Positions 49,786 through 63,425 of a DNA stretch of 64,000 nt are shown here, piece after piece (positions within the stretch are counted from its first letter, which is position 1; each line of letters begins with the position of its first letter). The stretch is from Camelus ferus. Taxonomy: Eukaryota. The stretch is from assembly GCF_009834535.1 (NCBI RefSeq), contig NC_045696.1, positions 106,518,001 through 106,582,000 on the forward strand, given 5' to 3'. The notes beneath the pieces were generated by a model. The model had not been told where the DNA came from, did no database searches, and saw nothing but the letters and a program-made list of their open reading frames with translations. The translations under genes were made by a program, and so were the position numbers.

Positions 49786-50061
49786 TTTTGACATAGAAAA
49801 CAAAGGGTTACCAAAGGGGAAAGTGTTGGGGAGGAGATAAATTGGAAGTCTGGGATTAGTATATACATACTACTATATATAAAATAGAGAAACAACAAGG
49901 GCCTGCTGTACAGCACAGGGAACTGCATTAGATATCTTGTAATAACCTACAATGGAAAAGAATCTGAAAAAAATATATATGTATATGTATAATTGAATCA
50001 CTTTGCTGTACACCTGAAACTATCACAACATTGTAAATCAACTATACTTCAATTGAGAAAA
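49205..50061 (+). mobile_element. Young L1 with 5' inversion (twin priming) and TSD
   Basis: 49205-~49279 is antisense ORF2 (attgaatctgtatattgccttgggtagt...); ~49280-50061 is the sense 3' end; TSD aaagatatacaaggt (49190-49204) / aaagatacacaaggt (50062-50076). Confidence 0.85.
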
Positions 50062-50718
50062 AAAGATACACAAGGTTACCATACAGAGGAGCAGGCGCTG
50101 AATTAATTACAACGTGATTTAGTGTATCCACCAATTAATGCTGAACGGATGTGTCAGTTAGTGGTCAGCCACAGGAGTGGAGAATAAGAAAAATCACAGA
50201 AACAGATGATGCTGTTCCCCACCTATCGGAGAGGAAATGCAGCCAGAGGCTGGATGAGACGGTTCCCACAGTTGAATGGCTGCATCAGGATACATTCGCT
50301 AGGGCTGTATGTGAAAGCCATCTTTTAGCTATCTTCCCATCTCCAACCCTCTTTCTCTGAGTCTGTCTCACCCACCTACAAGCATGGGCTTGGCCTGAGC
50401 TGACTGCCTCAGGACAGGGCCTTTGCTCTTCAGCTCTTCGGAATTTGGCTCCTGCAAATGTGGATGGGGATTGATAGCCTCCATGACCCCTTCAATGGAG
50501 GACATAAAATTCAGCAGCCCGAGGGGTCGTGTTTGGTTCCAGCACACTCGAGTGGTAGAAACATGTCAGCAGAAAGAAAGAGGAAAGATGAGAAAAGAAC
50601 ATGGGATGAGAAACGGAGACACTGGGGGAGGGAGGAACGTGGTGGAGCAAGGCTTGAGATTCGGAGGCTTTCTGATTCCTAGTTCTATCCCTAATGAAGC
50701 CAGGCTGTGCTGTCTGCC

Positions 50719-53195
50719 TTAAAATGGCTTCTGGATTTTGAGTCATAGTTCAAAGAGCTCTTCCCCATTCCAGATGTATAAAGGAATTTATACATTATTA
50801 TGTGGAATTTATAAATTATTATAGTTATTAGCCGGAATTTCTATGATTCCTTATAATGAACCCCTCTGGCCTCAGGGAAGAAAGTGGAAATTCAGGAGTG
50901 AGCTCTCACTCAAGACTGCACTTTTGGGCTCTTGCCTGCAGAGTAAGAGTGCCTAGTTAAGTAATGTAAAGATAATATTATATGATTTTAATTACATAAG
51001 AAATGTTGGTTAAAGATGTTGCAAGAATGGAAACATCAGTGAACAAGAAAATGGCTAAGTCAACCCTTCTCCTGCTCCTGCAAATCAGTGCTTCTTCGGT
51101 CACCGTATGAGGTAAAAAGAATGAAAATCTAATCAAGTATGAAGGGAAGAGGAGCAAATACAAGCTCCAAATTCAAATGAACTGTTAGAAATATGAATTA
51201 CATCCGCTATTATTAACAAAAAAACCCTCTACCCATGTTATACATTGACCTTGAGAAATTAACCAGAACTGAAAATTAGCAAAACATAAAATCCAGATTT
51301 TTAGAGCGGGAGGGAAAGGAAGCCTCTGTAATTGTTTCCAAAAATGTCTAAAGGGGTTCTCAGCAATGTGTAAAGTTTGCAATATTATTAGATTCACTTC
51401 TTAAACATTTTAAATTAAACTTTGTGATAAAAAATGCTTAGAGCTGTACATCAGCAAGTAGCACAACATTGGAAACCGACTATATTTCAAGTAAAAAACT
51501 GATTAGAAGCACCTGAAGTGTCTTACTTAGGAGTGAATGCAAAAAGCCAGATACTGGGAAAACACTCAATTCTCTCTGTCATGGTAAAACTCATAGTTGA
51601 TACAATATGGCGACAAACTAAAACATTCCTTTCCGTTGTCAACAAATACTATTGAAGACACGGAAAACACTGCTGGAGATTTGACTAAAAAGATACTGAA
51701 AAAAATCATGCAGCATGGGGTTTTTCTATATAGTTGGGTAGGAACTATATATCCTGTATGACTCAGCTGATGGCATTTGTGCAGGAGATAGATTCACAGC
51801 ATTTATCAAAATAGCACCAAAGTGTAAATAACTCCAATGAATGAATAAATCATAAAGTATTTTCATCCCTAGGAATATCATACAGTAATAAAGATGGATG
51901 AACCACCCTCAATATATGGGCAATTGATTTTTAACAAAGTGGGTGAGATAATTAAATAAAGAAAAGATAGGTTTCCTGACAAATAATGTAGGAACAATTG
52001 GATATCCATATGCAAAAATATAAACTTCAACTATACCTTGCACCATATTAAAAAGTTAATTCAAGTTAGATATAGATCAAAGGGTAAAACCAAAGACTAC
52101 ACCAGAAGTGGTGGCATGTTTATGCAATGGAATACTACTCTGCCATAAAAAAGAATAAAATAATGCCATTTACAGCAACATCGATGGAACTAGAGATTGT
52201 CATTCTAAATGAAGTAAGTCAGAAAGAGAAAGAAAAATACCATATAATATCACTCATATGTGGAATCTAAAAAAAAAAAGAAAGAAAAAAAAGGACACTA
52301 TGAACTCATCTACAAAACAGACTCACAGACATAATAAATAATCTTATGGTTACCAGTGAAAGGGGGTGGGAAGGGATAAATTTGAGAGTTTGAGATTTAC
52401 AAATTTTAGCGACTATATATAAAAATAGATTTAAAAAAAGTTTCTTCTGTATAGCACAGGGAACTATGCTCAATATCTTGTAATAACCTTTAATGAAAAA
52501 GAATATGAAAACGAATATATATGTATATGCATGACTGGGACATTGTGCTGTACACCAGAAACTGACACACTGTAACTGTATTTCAATAAAAAAAAAAGCA
52601 GGTGAAATTCTTAGATATTTTTGCCAGGCAAGGAATTTTTAGGACACAAAAATCAGAAACCATAAAGGATTCCATTTCCCCATCCCCTCTTCTCTTGTTC
52701 CACTGGGACAACATCCCCAATCAAGAATGAGAGGGCCTGGTTCCCCTCAGCCTTGACTACAAAATACATTTCCAAACTCTTTCTTTTGGCTCTGTGCCAC
52801 TCTGGTAGCTCAATATAGCTTTTCTTTGTGTTTCTTTAACTTGAGTGACATTGATTTCATTTCATATGTTTAATACTTCTTTCCCCTGAATTATCTGTTC
52901 AACTTCTCTGCTTATTTTTCTTTGGGGCTGTTTTTCCTTCTAATTTTTCTAGAACTTCTTTGTGTATTGGGGAAATTAGCACTTCGCCTGAAATAAGAAT
53001 TAAAATATTTCTTATAGTGTCTCAGGGATCTTTTTAGTTATGAAAAACTGTTGTATTTCATGTAATCAAATTGCTCAACTTTTAAAATGGCTTCTGGATC
53101 TTGAGTCATAGTTCAAAGAGCTCTTCCCCATTCCAGATGTATAAAGGAATCTATACAATATTATATGGAATTCATAAATTATTAAAGCTATTAGC
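50719..53195 (+). repeat. 114-bp direct repeat pair (50719-50832 and 53082-53195)
   Basis: Ungapped manual alignment, 7 mismatches in 114 (~94% identity), offset 2363 bp. Confidence 0.92.
52105..52597 (+). mobile_element. Young L1 3' end with poly(A), nested in an older sense L1 remnant
   Basis: caatggaatactactc...gaagtaagtcagaaagagaaagaaaaataccat...tgtgctgtacaccagaaa...caataaaaaaaaaa. Confidence 0.85.
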
Positions 53196-53240
53196 TAGAG
53201 CTTGTATGGTCTCATTTTTTGGTCCACTTAAGTTTATTCT
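52800..53240 (-). mobile_element. Old L1 (L1ME-like) antisense remnant
   Basis: tgaattatctgttcaacttctctgcttatttttc...ttctttgtgtattggggaaattagc. Confidence 0.55.
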
Positions 53241-54359
53241 ACTGAGACCCTCTCCTTCTGGAAGGGGATGTTTTCTGGAAGTTTCTAAGATCTATGAGCC
53301 CTTTGGTCCCCTCCATACTCCCGTTCTCTTTTGTGGGACCTCGGAGACTTCCGGCACAGCCTCGTGATTAGCTCTGCCTCTGACACCACTTACACGCAAT
53401 AGGAATTGTCAGGTTTCTTTTGTCTCCTAGTTTCTCTACAAATGTGTATTATGAGGTTTCTCTTCCCCGTTTTCCTTGTCACTCCTTTTAGTCTCTAGGG
53501 TAAGTGGGAAGATTCAGAACTAAGCCACTGCCACATTTACATCATAAGCAAAAGTGTTATGAACGTGATTCTAATGGCTGTACTCATACACAAAATAAAG
53601 AAAGATGATAATGGATAGATTCTGGAATATGCCCACTGAAGATATCACAGTGAACAAAAAAATGTTGCCCTCTCATTCTTAAGAGTGGAGACAGATAATA
53701 GGCAACTGGATATGTAATTTAACAGGACGTATGTAATTCAAAATCTTTGTCATTGGACTTATCAACTGTATCTCATATTTTGTACAAGCCACACTCTGTG
53801 ACTGAGAACTTATCCCATGGTGATGCATGCACATCTGTATGAAGTTCAAAGTATGCCCATTGCTACATTGTTAGTGATAGCAAACATTTGGACACCCTCT
53901 AAATGTCTACCGTTTGGAGGCTGGTTAAGTAAATTATGGCACATTTATACAGTAAAATAATCTGCAACTATTTAAAAAATGAGGCAAATCTGTAAGTCAC
54001 CATGTGGAAAGAACTGGAAGACACATTGCTAATTAAAAAACAGTCCAGAAAATACGATGATTGCATTCTACAGTTTTTTTTTTTGTTCCAAAACAAAATT
54101 ACTTAACACATATCTACATATTTATACTTCGTGTTGTATATTAATATATGCTGTTTTATGTATGGTAACACACAGCGTCTGTCCAGCATATAAAGCATGA
54201 TTCCATTTGAATATTAAAATGTATGCAAAATTCTCAATTATTTACGTAGATGATTAGACAGACGTCTAGAAGGATATAAAAGAAGCTATAAAACGTGATT
54301 ATCTGTGGGAAAGGGAGTGAGGTTGGGCTGGGCCAGGGGGATGACTATTCGAGGCAGGA

Positions 54360-54830
54360 GTCAGTCCTGGGTCTGTTTGATCTCCTGTGTGGTCCTCACT
54401 CTGCCTCCTGCTCTGCTTTACATCTGACAGTGGTTGAGCCCAGCAGGTTGTGTTTCTAGGGCTTCTATGTCATTGGGGTCCAGCTGGGTACTAACGGGAG
54501 AATAAAGGGCAGGAGGAAGGGAAAAGCCACAAGTGGTATTTCTTCCCCTCTTCTCTCTTACCGGGTGATTTCTCTGGTGACAACTGTGTCTCTTCTATGG
54601 GTCAGGTTTCCTACTCTGCAGACCCACTATGGTTGCAGCTTCAGGGGAGTGATCCTGGTCCCTGGGTTCTGGCAATGAATCTCTTTTGACCCTGTACCTG
54701 AGTATGGTAGTGGCTTGCTAGAGTTGTTAATCTTTAAGTTATCTCTCGGGCTTTGGTTTCGCAGGACTTCCATCACTGGCCGGCCAATTCCCTGAATTAA
54801 GTACCTTTCTTTGTTTCTATTTTCCTGCCT
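54360..54830 (+). mobile_element. ERVL LTR33-like remnant
   Basis: gtggcttgctagagttgttaatct...aattccctgaattaa...gtttctattttcctg. Confidence 0.5.
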
Positions 54831-54989
54831 TTTTTGATATGGGAGTGTTTGCTATTTTTTTTTTTTTAATATACATGCTTTCGTTTTTGTTTTCATTTTT
54901 TAAAGCTTGTGATTGGATTAATAGGATTAATCATAATCCTTGGTCATAAAGTCTCATCATTTTTTCATGCCTTGCTCTTCATTCATTCA

Positions 54990-55690
54990 TAATGATGTAA
55001 TAAGCACCAGTGAACCCAACACAAATCTAGGAGTCAACTGATAATTTAGACCTACTTTTGTGCTCCCTGCAGCACGCTGCCTTCTTCCTCTCCCTGATCC
55101 CCCTCCCACAGATATAACTGTCATTCTGAATCCTGAGCTTAGCATTCTCTTTGCTTTTAATATATTGTTACATGATATATATTCCAAAACTGTGGATATT
55201 TTAAAATTGTTCACAGCTTAAGAAAAGAATGTCATGCAACACTCAATCTTGTGGGTCTTCCTATTTTCACTTAATGTCATAGTGCTAAGATTCATTTACA
55301 TTGTGACGTGTAGCTCAGATTTGTTCGTTTTGACCACTATATAATATTCCATTGTGTGTCTATACCACAGTTTCTTCATACAGTTTCCTGTTGATGGGGC
55401 CTATGATTTTTTCCAGGTTTTTGCTGCTGATAACAGTTCTGCTATGATCATTCTTGTACATGTCTTCCAGCACACATGAGTAAGAGTTTTTCTTGGACAT
55501 ATACCTAGGAGTGAAATTTCTGGGCCAAAAATAGGAGAATTTTTGACTATATGGAATAACCCCAAATTATTTGCTAAAGTAGGGTGTGAGAGTTCTTTCT
55601 GAACTGCAGTCCCTCTGATACTCACACTTCAAAATTTTTGTTAACTTAAAACACATAAAATGATGTTTTATTGTAGTTTTCTATGTCTAT
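54990..55690 (-). mobile_element. Old L1 3' region, antisense
   Basis: gctaagattcatttacattgtgacgtgtagc...ataatattccattgtgtg...atacctaggagtgaaatttctgg. Confidence 0.75.
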
Positions 55691-58600
55691 ATTATTTCTA
55701 TTTTCAAGTTGAGCAGGTAGTTTTGTAATTATTTTAGTATAAAAAAAACCCAACTTTTATTTGGCCAAATTGTTCCACTCTGTTCATTTGATAGATTGTT
55801 TGCCAATGGCTTGGCCTGTCAAACTAGAGCAGAGAATTCATTTAGTTAATTCTGGTTGATTTCATAGCTCTACCTAGATCATGGGTATTACCTGAAAGTT
55901 ATAGACAAATACTGTAGAGAGTCTTGATTTATTATACAATATAATACAGCATTACAGCATCCTGTTCAGGAGGTTTTGGCAGACCTTATCCAGCATAATC
56001 ATTATCCAATTCAACAAATTTCTTTTACATATGTTGATTTGGTATTACCTGTCAAATTAAATGTGAAAACCCCATATTTATAAGTGCAAGTAAATAAGTG
56101 CATTATGGGCATTTATTTAGGGCTTCATGGGTTTGGAGCTGTAAGATAAATGGGAAGAAGTCAAGAAAGTGTTAGAAATGACCTCTCTCAAGACACAAAG
56201 AACCTGACAAGAAGAATGAAAGATTCAAACCCGAAGCCCCACTTGAAACACTTTTATGGGATGACCTACTACCAACCAGGAAATAATTTGAGAAAAATTA
56301 AAATAAGTTCTAATGAGATGTGGTCCAGGTGGTGTGTGGTGGATCACTGGTAGCTTCCTGTAGGTGATGAAATTTGGGCTCAGATTTTGAGGAGGTGACT
56401 GGCTTTTAGATATGATAATTTCATAGTGGATAGAACATAAATTTTTGGTGAGAGTCATACTCCATCCTTAGGGAGAGTTAAAATTTACTTTGATTTGGTT
56501 TCTTTGGAAGATTATAGGGGTAAGAGGAATATGACATTGAACAGCTTTCATTTTGCCCATATAAACCAGCGCTTCCTGAACAGCTTTGGTATTCTGCCAT
56601 CTCTCTTGGAGTTAGGTGATATTTCCAGTCAAGTTATATTTTCTACCCTTCCTTTAGACACAACTAGTTTTCTGGTCAACCTCTCATGCAGTCAGCTTCA
56701 TTTCCATTTGCAATATTTATACAAGGAAGGATAAAGATAGAACCCAAGAAGGTTAAGACCTGAGAAAATTTTTGCTTAATTTGTTATTTACTATAAAATT
56801 TTCTCTCTTTCTTTGTGTGCCACTGTGTCTCTTACTTAGCTTTTGAGATACTTCACAACTAAATTTGTGCAGTTACACAAGTTGGAGTGGCAGAAAAGTC
56901 AGAAGGCATGCTGGGGCTGGAAGTCAACAAGATGATGAAGGACTTCATTTTGTGTAAGACGCACATCTTTAGACCATTTAACATTTCTGAAATCAGGATG
57001 GTATTTTACTCCAGAAGGAAGTAGAGCTCTTCCAGAGAGAATCTGCTCATCACCTGGGGGCACTGCCAGCCTGAGATCACTTTAAGTTCTTCTCTTCTTG
57101 AGTTTTTTGAGAGCACATTGATAGTGAGAATTTAGACTACAAACTTGCTTGAGTACCAGTTGATAGTTCAGATTTCCCCCAAGTTCTTTTCCTTTCTTAA
57201 CCTAGTGCCAAGATTAAGGAAGGCAAGTATATTTCTTGTTTAGTCCTGTGCTGAGGGCATAGCCCATTTATAGTTCAGCTTTAAACCTCATCTTAGGCAC
57301 TTTTTCCCTCTCTTAATGGTACATAAAATGATGGTGTGTGTTGGAAATTGTGGAGCCCATGGTAGATGTAGACATGAATGTGGGAATTTCCATGAGAATG
57401 AACCAAATAATTATTTCTCATCAAAGGTGTTTTTAATGATTCAAAGAATGATTTAAAGGAGCCATTTTTATGTATAGAGGGTTTAGCTCCATGATACCTT
57501 AACTGGGAACTTGGCATCTGAAATACATTGAGTCACTAAATCTTTCACTTTCTTGATGAAACATAAAAAGCAACTGTTTTGGAGAAATAGTGCTTTCTAT
57601 TTTTAAAAGAAGTTTTGGTTTTTTTTTTTCCCGGGATTGACTGTTTTCTGAATTTCTTACTCCCTTTAATTGCATTGAAAAGCTAAAAATCTCATTGACC
57701 CTCAATTTACCAGCACGTTAGCTGGATTTATCCCTTTGACTTGGAGAGCTGCCCGGTTCTGGGCTCTCCGTTTCTGATTGAGATTTGAAGTCTAACAGCA
57801 CTGCAAATGGATTAGTTGTACTTGAGTTGAAGAAGTGGAAGGGGAGAGAAGTGGTCAGAGTCAGAACAGAGCCAACACTTTTTGCTGGTAGATTTGATGG
57901 GGACGTGAGAGAGAAGGATGATGCAGAGGATGATGGTAAAAATTTGGGGATGAGTAGCAGCGGAGACAAGCAAGTCTTTGGGGATTGATAAAGGTTCTGC
58001 TGAGTGAATATCACTAATTTCCATTACATTTTTGGAAAACTCAATCAAATCACCCCAAAAGAGATTCTTGAAACGTGATGCTGCCTCCAGCAACGGGATA
58101 GTCAGGTTTATCAGACCGAGCATGCCTCCCAAGTCCCTGGAAATAACTGGAGAGCTAACAGAAGCGCAGACTCATTAGGGCTATCAGTGGGACATTGGTC
58201 TTTTTGATCTCTGTCTGCATGCTAAGGAAAGGGTAAGTGAGCCTCCTTTTCATCTTTCCCATCACACTTTAAAGGGCTGCTGTAATGTTCCCACCAACTG
58301 AATCATTTTCATTTCCAACTCTAATCAATTTGTGAATAAATATCCTTTGGAGATGTGAGCTGCTTTAAATGATGGCTGCCTTGCCACCTTTAATCTATGA
58401 CACTACTGTTCTCTTGAGAGAAAATAGCTCCTTGTGTCTTTATTCCCCGAGTTCATATGTGCAGCACACCTCTGTTTTTTATTATTCCATAATAACGGCT
58501 TTAGTAGGTGAATAAAAGGTTGCACAAGTTTTTTTTTTTTTTTTAAATGAGAGGATATTCACCCTTGCTACCTTTAATCTCCTGCATTCTCCTGTTAATG

Positions 58601-59480
58601 AGGATAAATTATCAAAGCTATTTCTCAGTCTTTCTATAGCATAATACCAGTGGCAGATCATCCTCAGGAAGGGCTGCTTTCAAATATCATAATTAGTAGC
58701 ATTATCTTTAATCTTTTGTGGTGTGAAAATCAAGGATAATGTGAAATTTGGTACAAGGGAAGAGACTGCTTATTTTGGTGAGTTTCAGAAGATGAAAATG
58801 AAGGTTTGTATTAGGTCTTCTACCTTTGGAGAATTCTTAAACATTCCAAAAGTATGAGACATAATGATACATTTCTTAGAGTATATTTCTTCTAAGAATT
58901 GGTTAATTGCTTTAATCAGATGACATCCAATTTGACTGTCTTCCCTAAGTTCAAAAGGACCAAGAGCCAAACATTTTCTGGAGAGATCTGACTATATCAA
59001 ACTAATTGCTCCTAATGGAGCTTTGGTTTTGGGGGCCCATTAGATTAGTTTTTGAAATATATTCAGATCAAACTTCCAGGTTCAAGTTGGTAAATTGAGT
59101 CAGCATGGTTTCCTCTCTTCTGTTCTCTATCAAAATTCTAAAAGGATATTAAAATGCAAGAACAAAGGAAAAAAAAACCCCAAAGGCAAACAAATGAAAA
59201 ATGTCTGAGCTGTGGGAAATGGTGCAGGGTGCCATATTTAAACCGAAAATTTGAAGATGTTCTGAAAACAGAAAACAGATTGGACAAAACTAATAGAACT
59301 GTCAATTCATGCTTACAAAGTCCATAAATCAGCACCAGCTAAAAGAAGTCACTGATGGATTTCCCCAACTGAGTTCCAGAAAAACTGAAAGCTTGGAGCA
59401 AGAGGTACTGGGACATTGTGTGAAGAGGGATTGCTAAGAACACCGTTAGTACTGCCCTCTTTGCCTGCACCACACCCCTC

Positions 59481-59505
59481 AACGCACACACACACACACG
59501 CACAC
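59481..59505. repeat. (CA)n microsatellite
   Basis: gcacacacacacacacgcacac. Confidence 0.8.
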
Positions 59506-62314
59506 TTAGATTGACTGCCTGAAGCCTTCAATCTCTGGCCCCACTTGGCAGAAGTCTTGCTAAGTAAATGGGAGATTTTTCTTACAGCCATTTTAACATT
59601 GTCAATAGGTCCAAAGAAAGAAGGGGTAGGTAGGTCTATAGTTTACTTTAAATGTTGCAACAGTAATGGCAAAACAGAGCAAACAAAGCCAGACAAAGCA
59701 GTGACATCCCTGAAGGCCTTTTTACTTCGTGTATCTCCTCTGACACTTTCTATAAGCAATTAGGTCTTTAGTAAGATCCATTCATAGTTTGGAAGTCACC
59801 AGCAGAAGCTAGAGGAATCTTCAAGATAGGGACATAGGAAAGGACCTTGAGAACTTCATCAAAGCCTGAAAATGAAGCAGGTGGCCACCATGAAGCCGCA
59901 GCCTTCCCTGGGGGTCTGATGGTGCCCAGGGGAGATGGGGGCTTTTTCTTACAGGGAAATCTCATAACCAGTGGCTTTGCTTGAGAGGTGGGCTGTGGGC
60001 TTCTAGTCCCCTCCAGGGATAGAATCACGAAGGGAAACTTGTTTAAGTGTTTGCCTTTTCCCTACCATTCACAATGATAACAGAAGCCTCACAAATTAGC
60101 CATGATAATAGAAATTTGAAAATTTGGTTAAACCCCAATGGTATTTGGGACACCCCAATATCCAGTGGCTATTGCATGGAAAGCCTATTGACTTTTGGAG
60201 TGATAGAAACATCTTTTATCTTGAGCTGGATATTAGTTACCTGGGTGTATACATACAGATACATTTACTGAGCTATATATTTCAAATTTGTTCATTTTAT
60301 GAATTAATAAATAAATAAAACCTAAAGTACAGAATATTATATTTGATAATACAAATGCTTTTTTAGAAAAATGTAAATTATCAAAATTTACCCCCCCGCA
60401 AACATAAAACACTCTGAAAAACACAATTAATAGAAGAAGTTAAAGTGGGAATAAAAGATGTACCTCTACGTATATTTGTGCCAGATTCATTATTAGCTGG
60501 GTTCAAATAAAACCTTCAAAATCTGATAATGTCTATATTGCTTAAAGATTTGCACTTTAGGGAAAAATTACGTTTTCTCAATCTCTCCTTTGAGGAATAA
60601 CCCAAACTCTAAAAGATTAGAATGTACTCTCAACATTAAACTATAGATTAACTTTATTTTTGAATATAAATGTAAAAGTCATAAAGAAAGAAGGACTAAT
60701 AAAATTCTGGCAGTGTATTAAAATAACAATTCAATGTTACCAAACAGCTATAGTCAGAAAATACAAGAATAGTTCAACATTAGAAAATGTCATCATGTAA
60801 TCCAGGATATTAATTAATTCAGTATTAAATAATGAGTCAAAGAGGATAGGATATGATCATAAGTACAGGTGCTAAAAAAACAATTTTAAGGAATTTAATG
60901 CCCATTCCTGGTTTAAGAAAAAATAGTATGGGAGGAATAGGAAGGTATTTTATATTTTCTCTTTATACATGTCTTATTTTTAAAAGACATGATATATAAA
61001 CATAGTTTAAAGTTCTAAAGGTACAAGACGGTAACATTGAAAAGTTAGTTTTCCTTCCACCCAGTCGGCTAGTTACTCGGTTTTACACGATCTGTAACTT
61101 CCTAGTCACACTATTTTGCAGCTTTCTGCTTTCATCTAACAATACACCTTGGTAACCAAAACGTAGAATAAAGTATAGAATGACCTCATTTAGAAATGGC
61201 TGCCCAATACACCAATGTCCGGAAGTACAGTGATTTATTTAGTTAGTTTTTTCTTTAGTGGTCATTTTGTTCATAATCTTTTGCTAGTTCCTACAATACT
61301 TAAGTAAATACCTTTGAAATGAGTATGTGTGTGTGCACTTGGATGAGTATATCTGTTAAACATTTCTGAATGTGGGGTTGATAATGAACAGTAGGTGCAC
61401 TTCTGATTTTGAGAGATTTTAACCAAATTTTCCTTCTTGATGTGCTTGCACTAATTTGCAGTCCTTCCCTCAGTGTGTGAGAGTGGACTCCTTATTTTCT
61501 TGGCAATATGGAAGACTAGGCTTCTTGATCTATTCTCTCACTGAAAGCAATTTAAAATGATGGATAAATTATCAAAATACATTTTAAAGACACCGGGGGA
61601 CTAACAAGGAAGCAAGGGCGAAATACCTTCCTGATAATTTGTGACCCAAATTTTTTGCCTAAATTCAGATTCCTAGGCAGACCAAAATACCTCAAGCTGA
61701 GGACTGATTTTAAGTGACCCTGGGTGGGTAATGATTCCAGGCTTGAAAAAATAAAATAAAAAATAAATCTTTTTGGTGAGAAAATAAAAAAGTCTCACAG
61801 AAAATGTGAGGAAAACAAGGCTAAAATATCAGTGAGGACAGGAAATCTGGAAGGTTAACTACATATAGCATCCATATATGTCCTATAAAATAAATCTATA
61901 GATTAGTTTCAGATATGAATATGATCTATATGTCCAAATCATGAGTGAAATGGGTAGACAAAGTTCTAACAAGAATCTAAATACATTAAAGTGATAATGC
62001 ATTATAATTCTATTCACTTTCAAAGCAACTTGCAGAGAAAGTAACTAAACACTCATGGAAACAAGGCAACATGAGTGAGAACAAGCAGAAACACAAGACC
62101 CTAGAAACAGACCCTCAGAGACTACAGATACTGGAATGATTAGAGCCAGAAAATAAAACAGCCATATGTATCATATGTAAAGAGACAAAGACAAGTCTGA
62201 AAGTATGAGTGTGAAATAAGAACTCATACAGAATCTCCAGATCGGAAAAGGAACCAGACTTAACTTATAAAAATGGAAATACTGTGAGTATAATTTAAAA
62301 CATAATAAGCAGTA

Positions 62315-63015
62315 TAGCTACTATGGAAAACGATCAGGAGATTCCTCAAAAAATTAAAAATAGAGCTAGAGCTACCAGAGGGTCCAGCCCTCTGACGTCT
62401 GGGTATATGCCCGAAGGAAATGAAATCAGTATCTCGGCGGGAAATCTGCACTGCCACGTTCATCACGGTGCTATTCACCATAGCCAAGATGTGAAATCAA
62501 TTTCAGTGTCCATCAATGGATACATGGATAAAGAAAATGTGGTATACGTAAATAGCAGATTATTATTCAGCCTTAAAAAAGAAGGAAAGCTTGTCATTTG
62601 TGACACCATGGATGAACCTGGATAACCCTGTGCTGAGTGAAATAAGCCAGGCACAGAAAAACTAACACTGGATGATCTCACTCACATGCAGACTCTGAAA
62701 AAGACAAATTCACTGAAGCAGCGAGTAAAATAAGCAGAGGGGAAGATGGGGAGATGTTGGCCAAAGGGTACAAAGTTTCAGTTATGTCAGATGATAAGTT
62801 CCAGAGATCTAATGTATAGCACTGTGACTGTACTTAATAATACCGTATTGTATACTTGAAGTTTGCTAAAAGAGTAGGTCTTAAGTATTCTCACCACAAA
62901 TGAAAAAAAAAAAAGAAAATAATGTTAGGTGATGGACATGTTAATTAGCTTGATTGTGGTAATAACTTCATAGTATATACATATATCAAAACATCATGTT
63001 GTACACTGCAAGTAC
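62315..63015 (+). mobile_element. L1 (L1MA-like) 3' end
   Basis: ctatggaaaac...cctcaaaaaattaaaaataga...gtgaaataagccaggcacagaaa...tgctaaaagagtaggtcttaagtattctcaccaca. Confidence 0.85.
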
Positions 63016-63024
63016 ACACAAGTG

Positions 63025-63425
63025 TGCCAGTGTATGGCCCAGGCCTTAAGAGACAGGCAACTTCTACCCCTGTGTCTTGGAACACATGCTTTTGGAGTAC
63101 TGTGCTGTCACGTAAGAAGGTTGACAGCTTTGCTGGTGGAAACACACGGAGAGGCCCTGGTACCACATGGAGAGGAGAGGTGCCCAGGTGAGCCCAGCCT
63201 TCAAGCCGTACCTGCTAAGGACCAGGCATGTGAGTGAGGGTGTCTTGAATTCTCTACACCAGAATGACACCACCTAGTGATCCCTGTTAACATTACGTGC
63301 AGCAGAAGAAAGACCCAGCTTAGTCCTGCCTTAAGTCCTGACTCACAAAATTATAAAATTATACAATGGCTGTCTTAAGCTATTGAGTTCGGGTTAGTTT
63401 GTCACACAGCAATAGCTAACCAGGA
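63025..63425 (+). mobile_element. MLT1-family MaLR LTR
   Basis: cccaggccttaagagacaggcaacttc...cctgactcacaaaattat...cacagcaatagctaaccagga. Confidence 0.75.

Noticed and set aside
62260..62681. ORFs with L1 ORF2 C-terminal-like wording (also 13102-13377, 49141-49361, 55401-55625)
   Set aside because: Frameshifted fragments of dead L1 copies.
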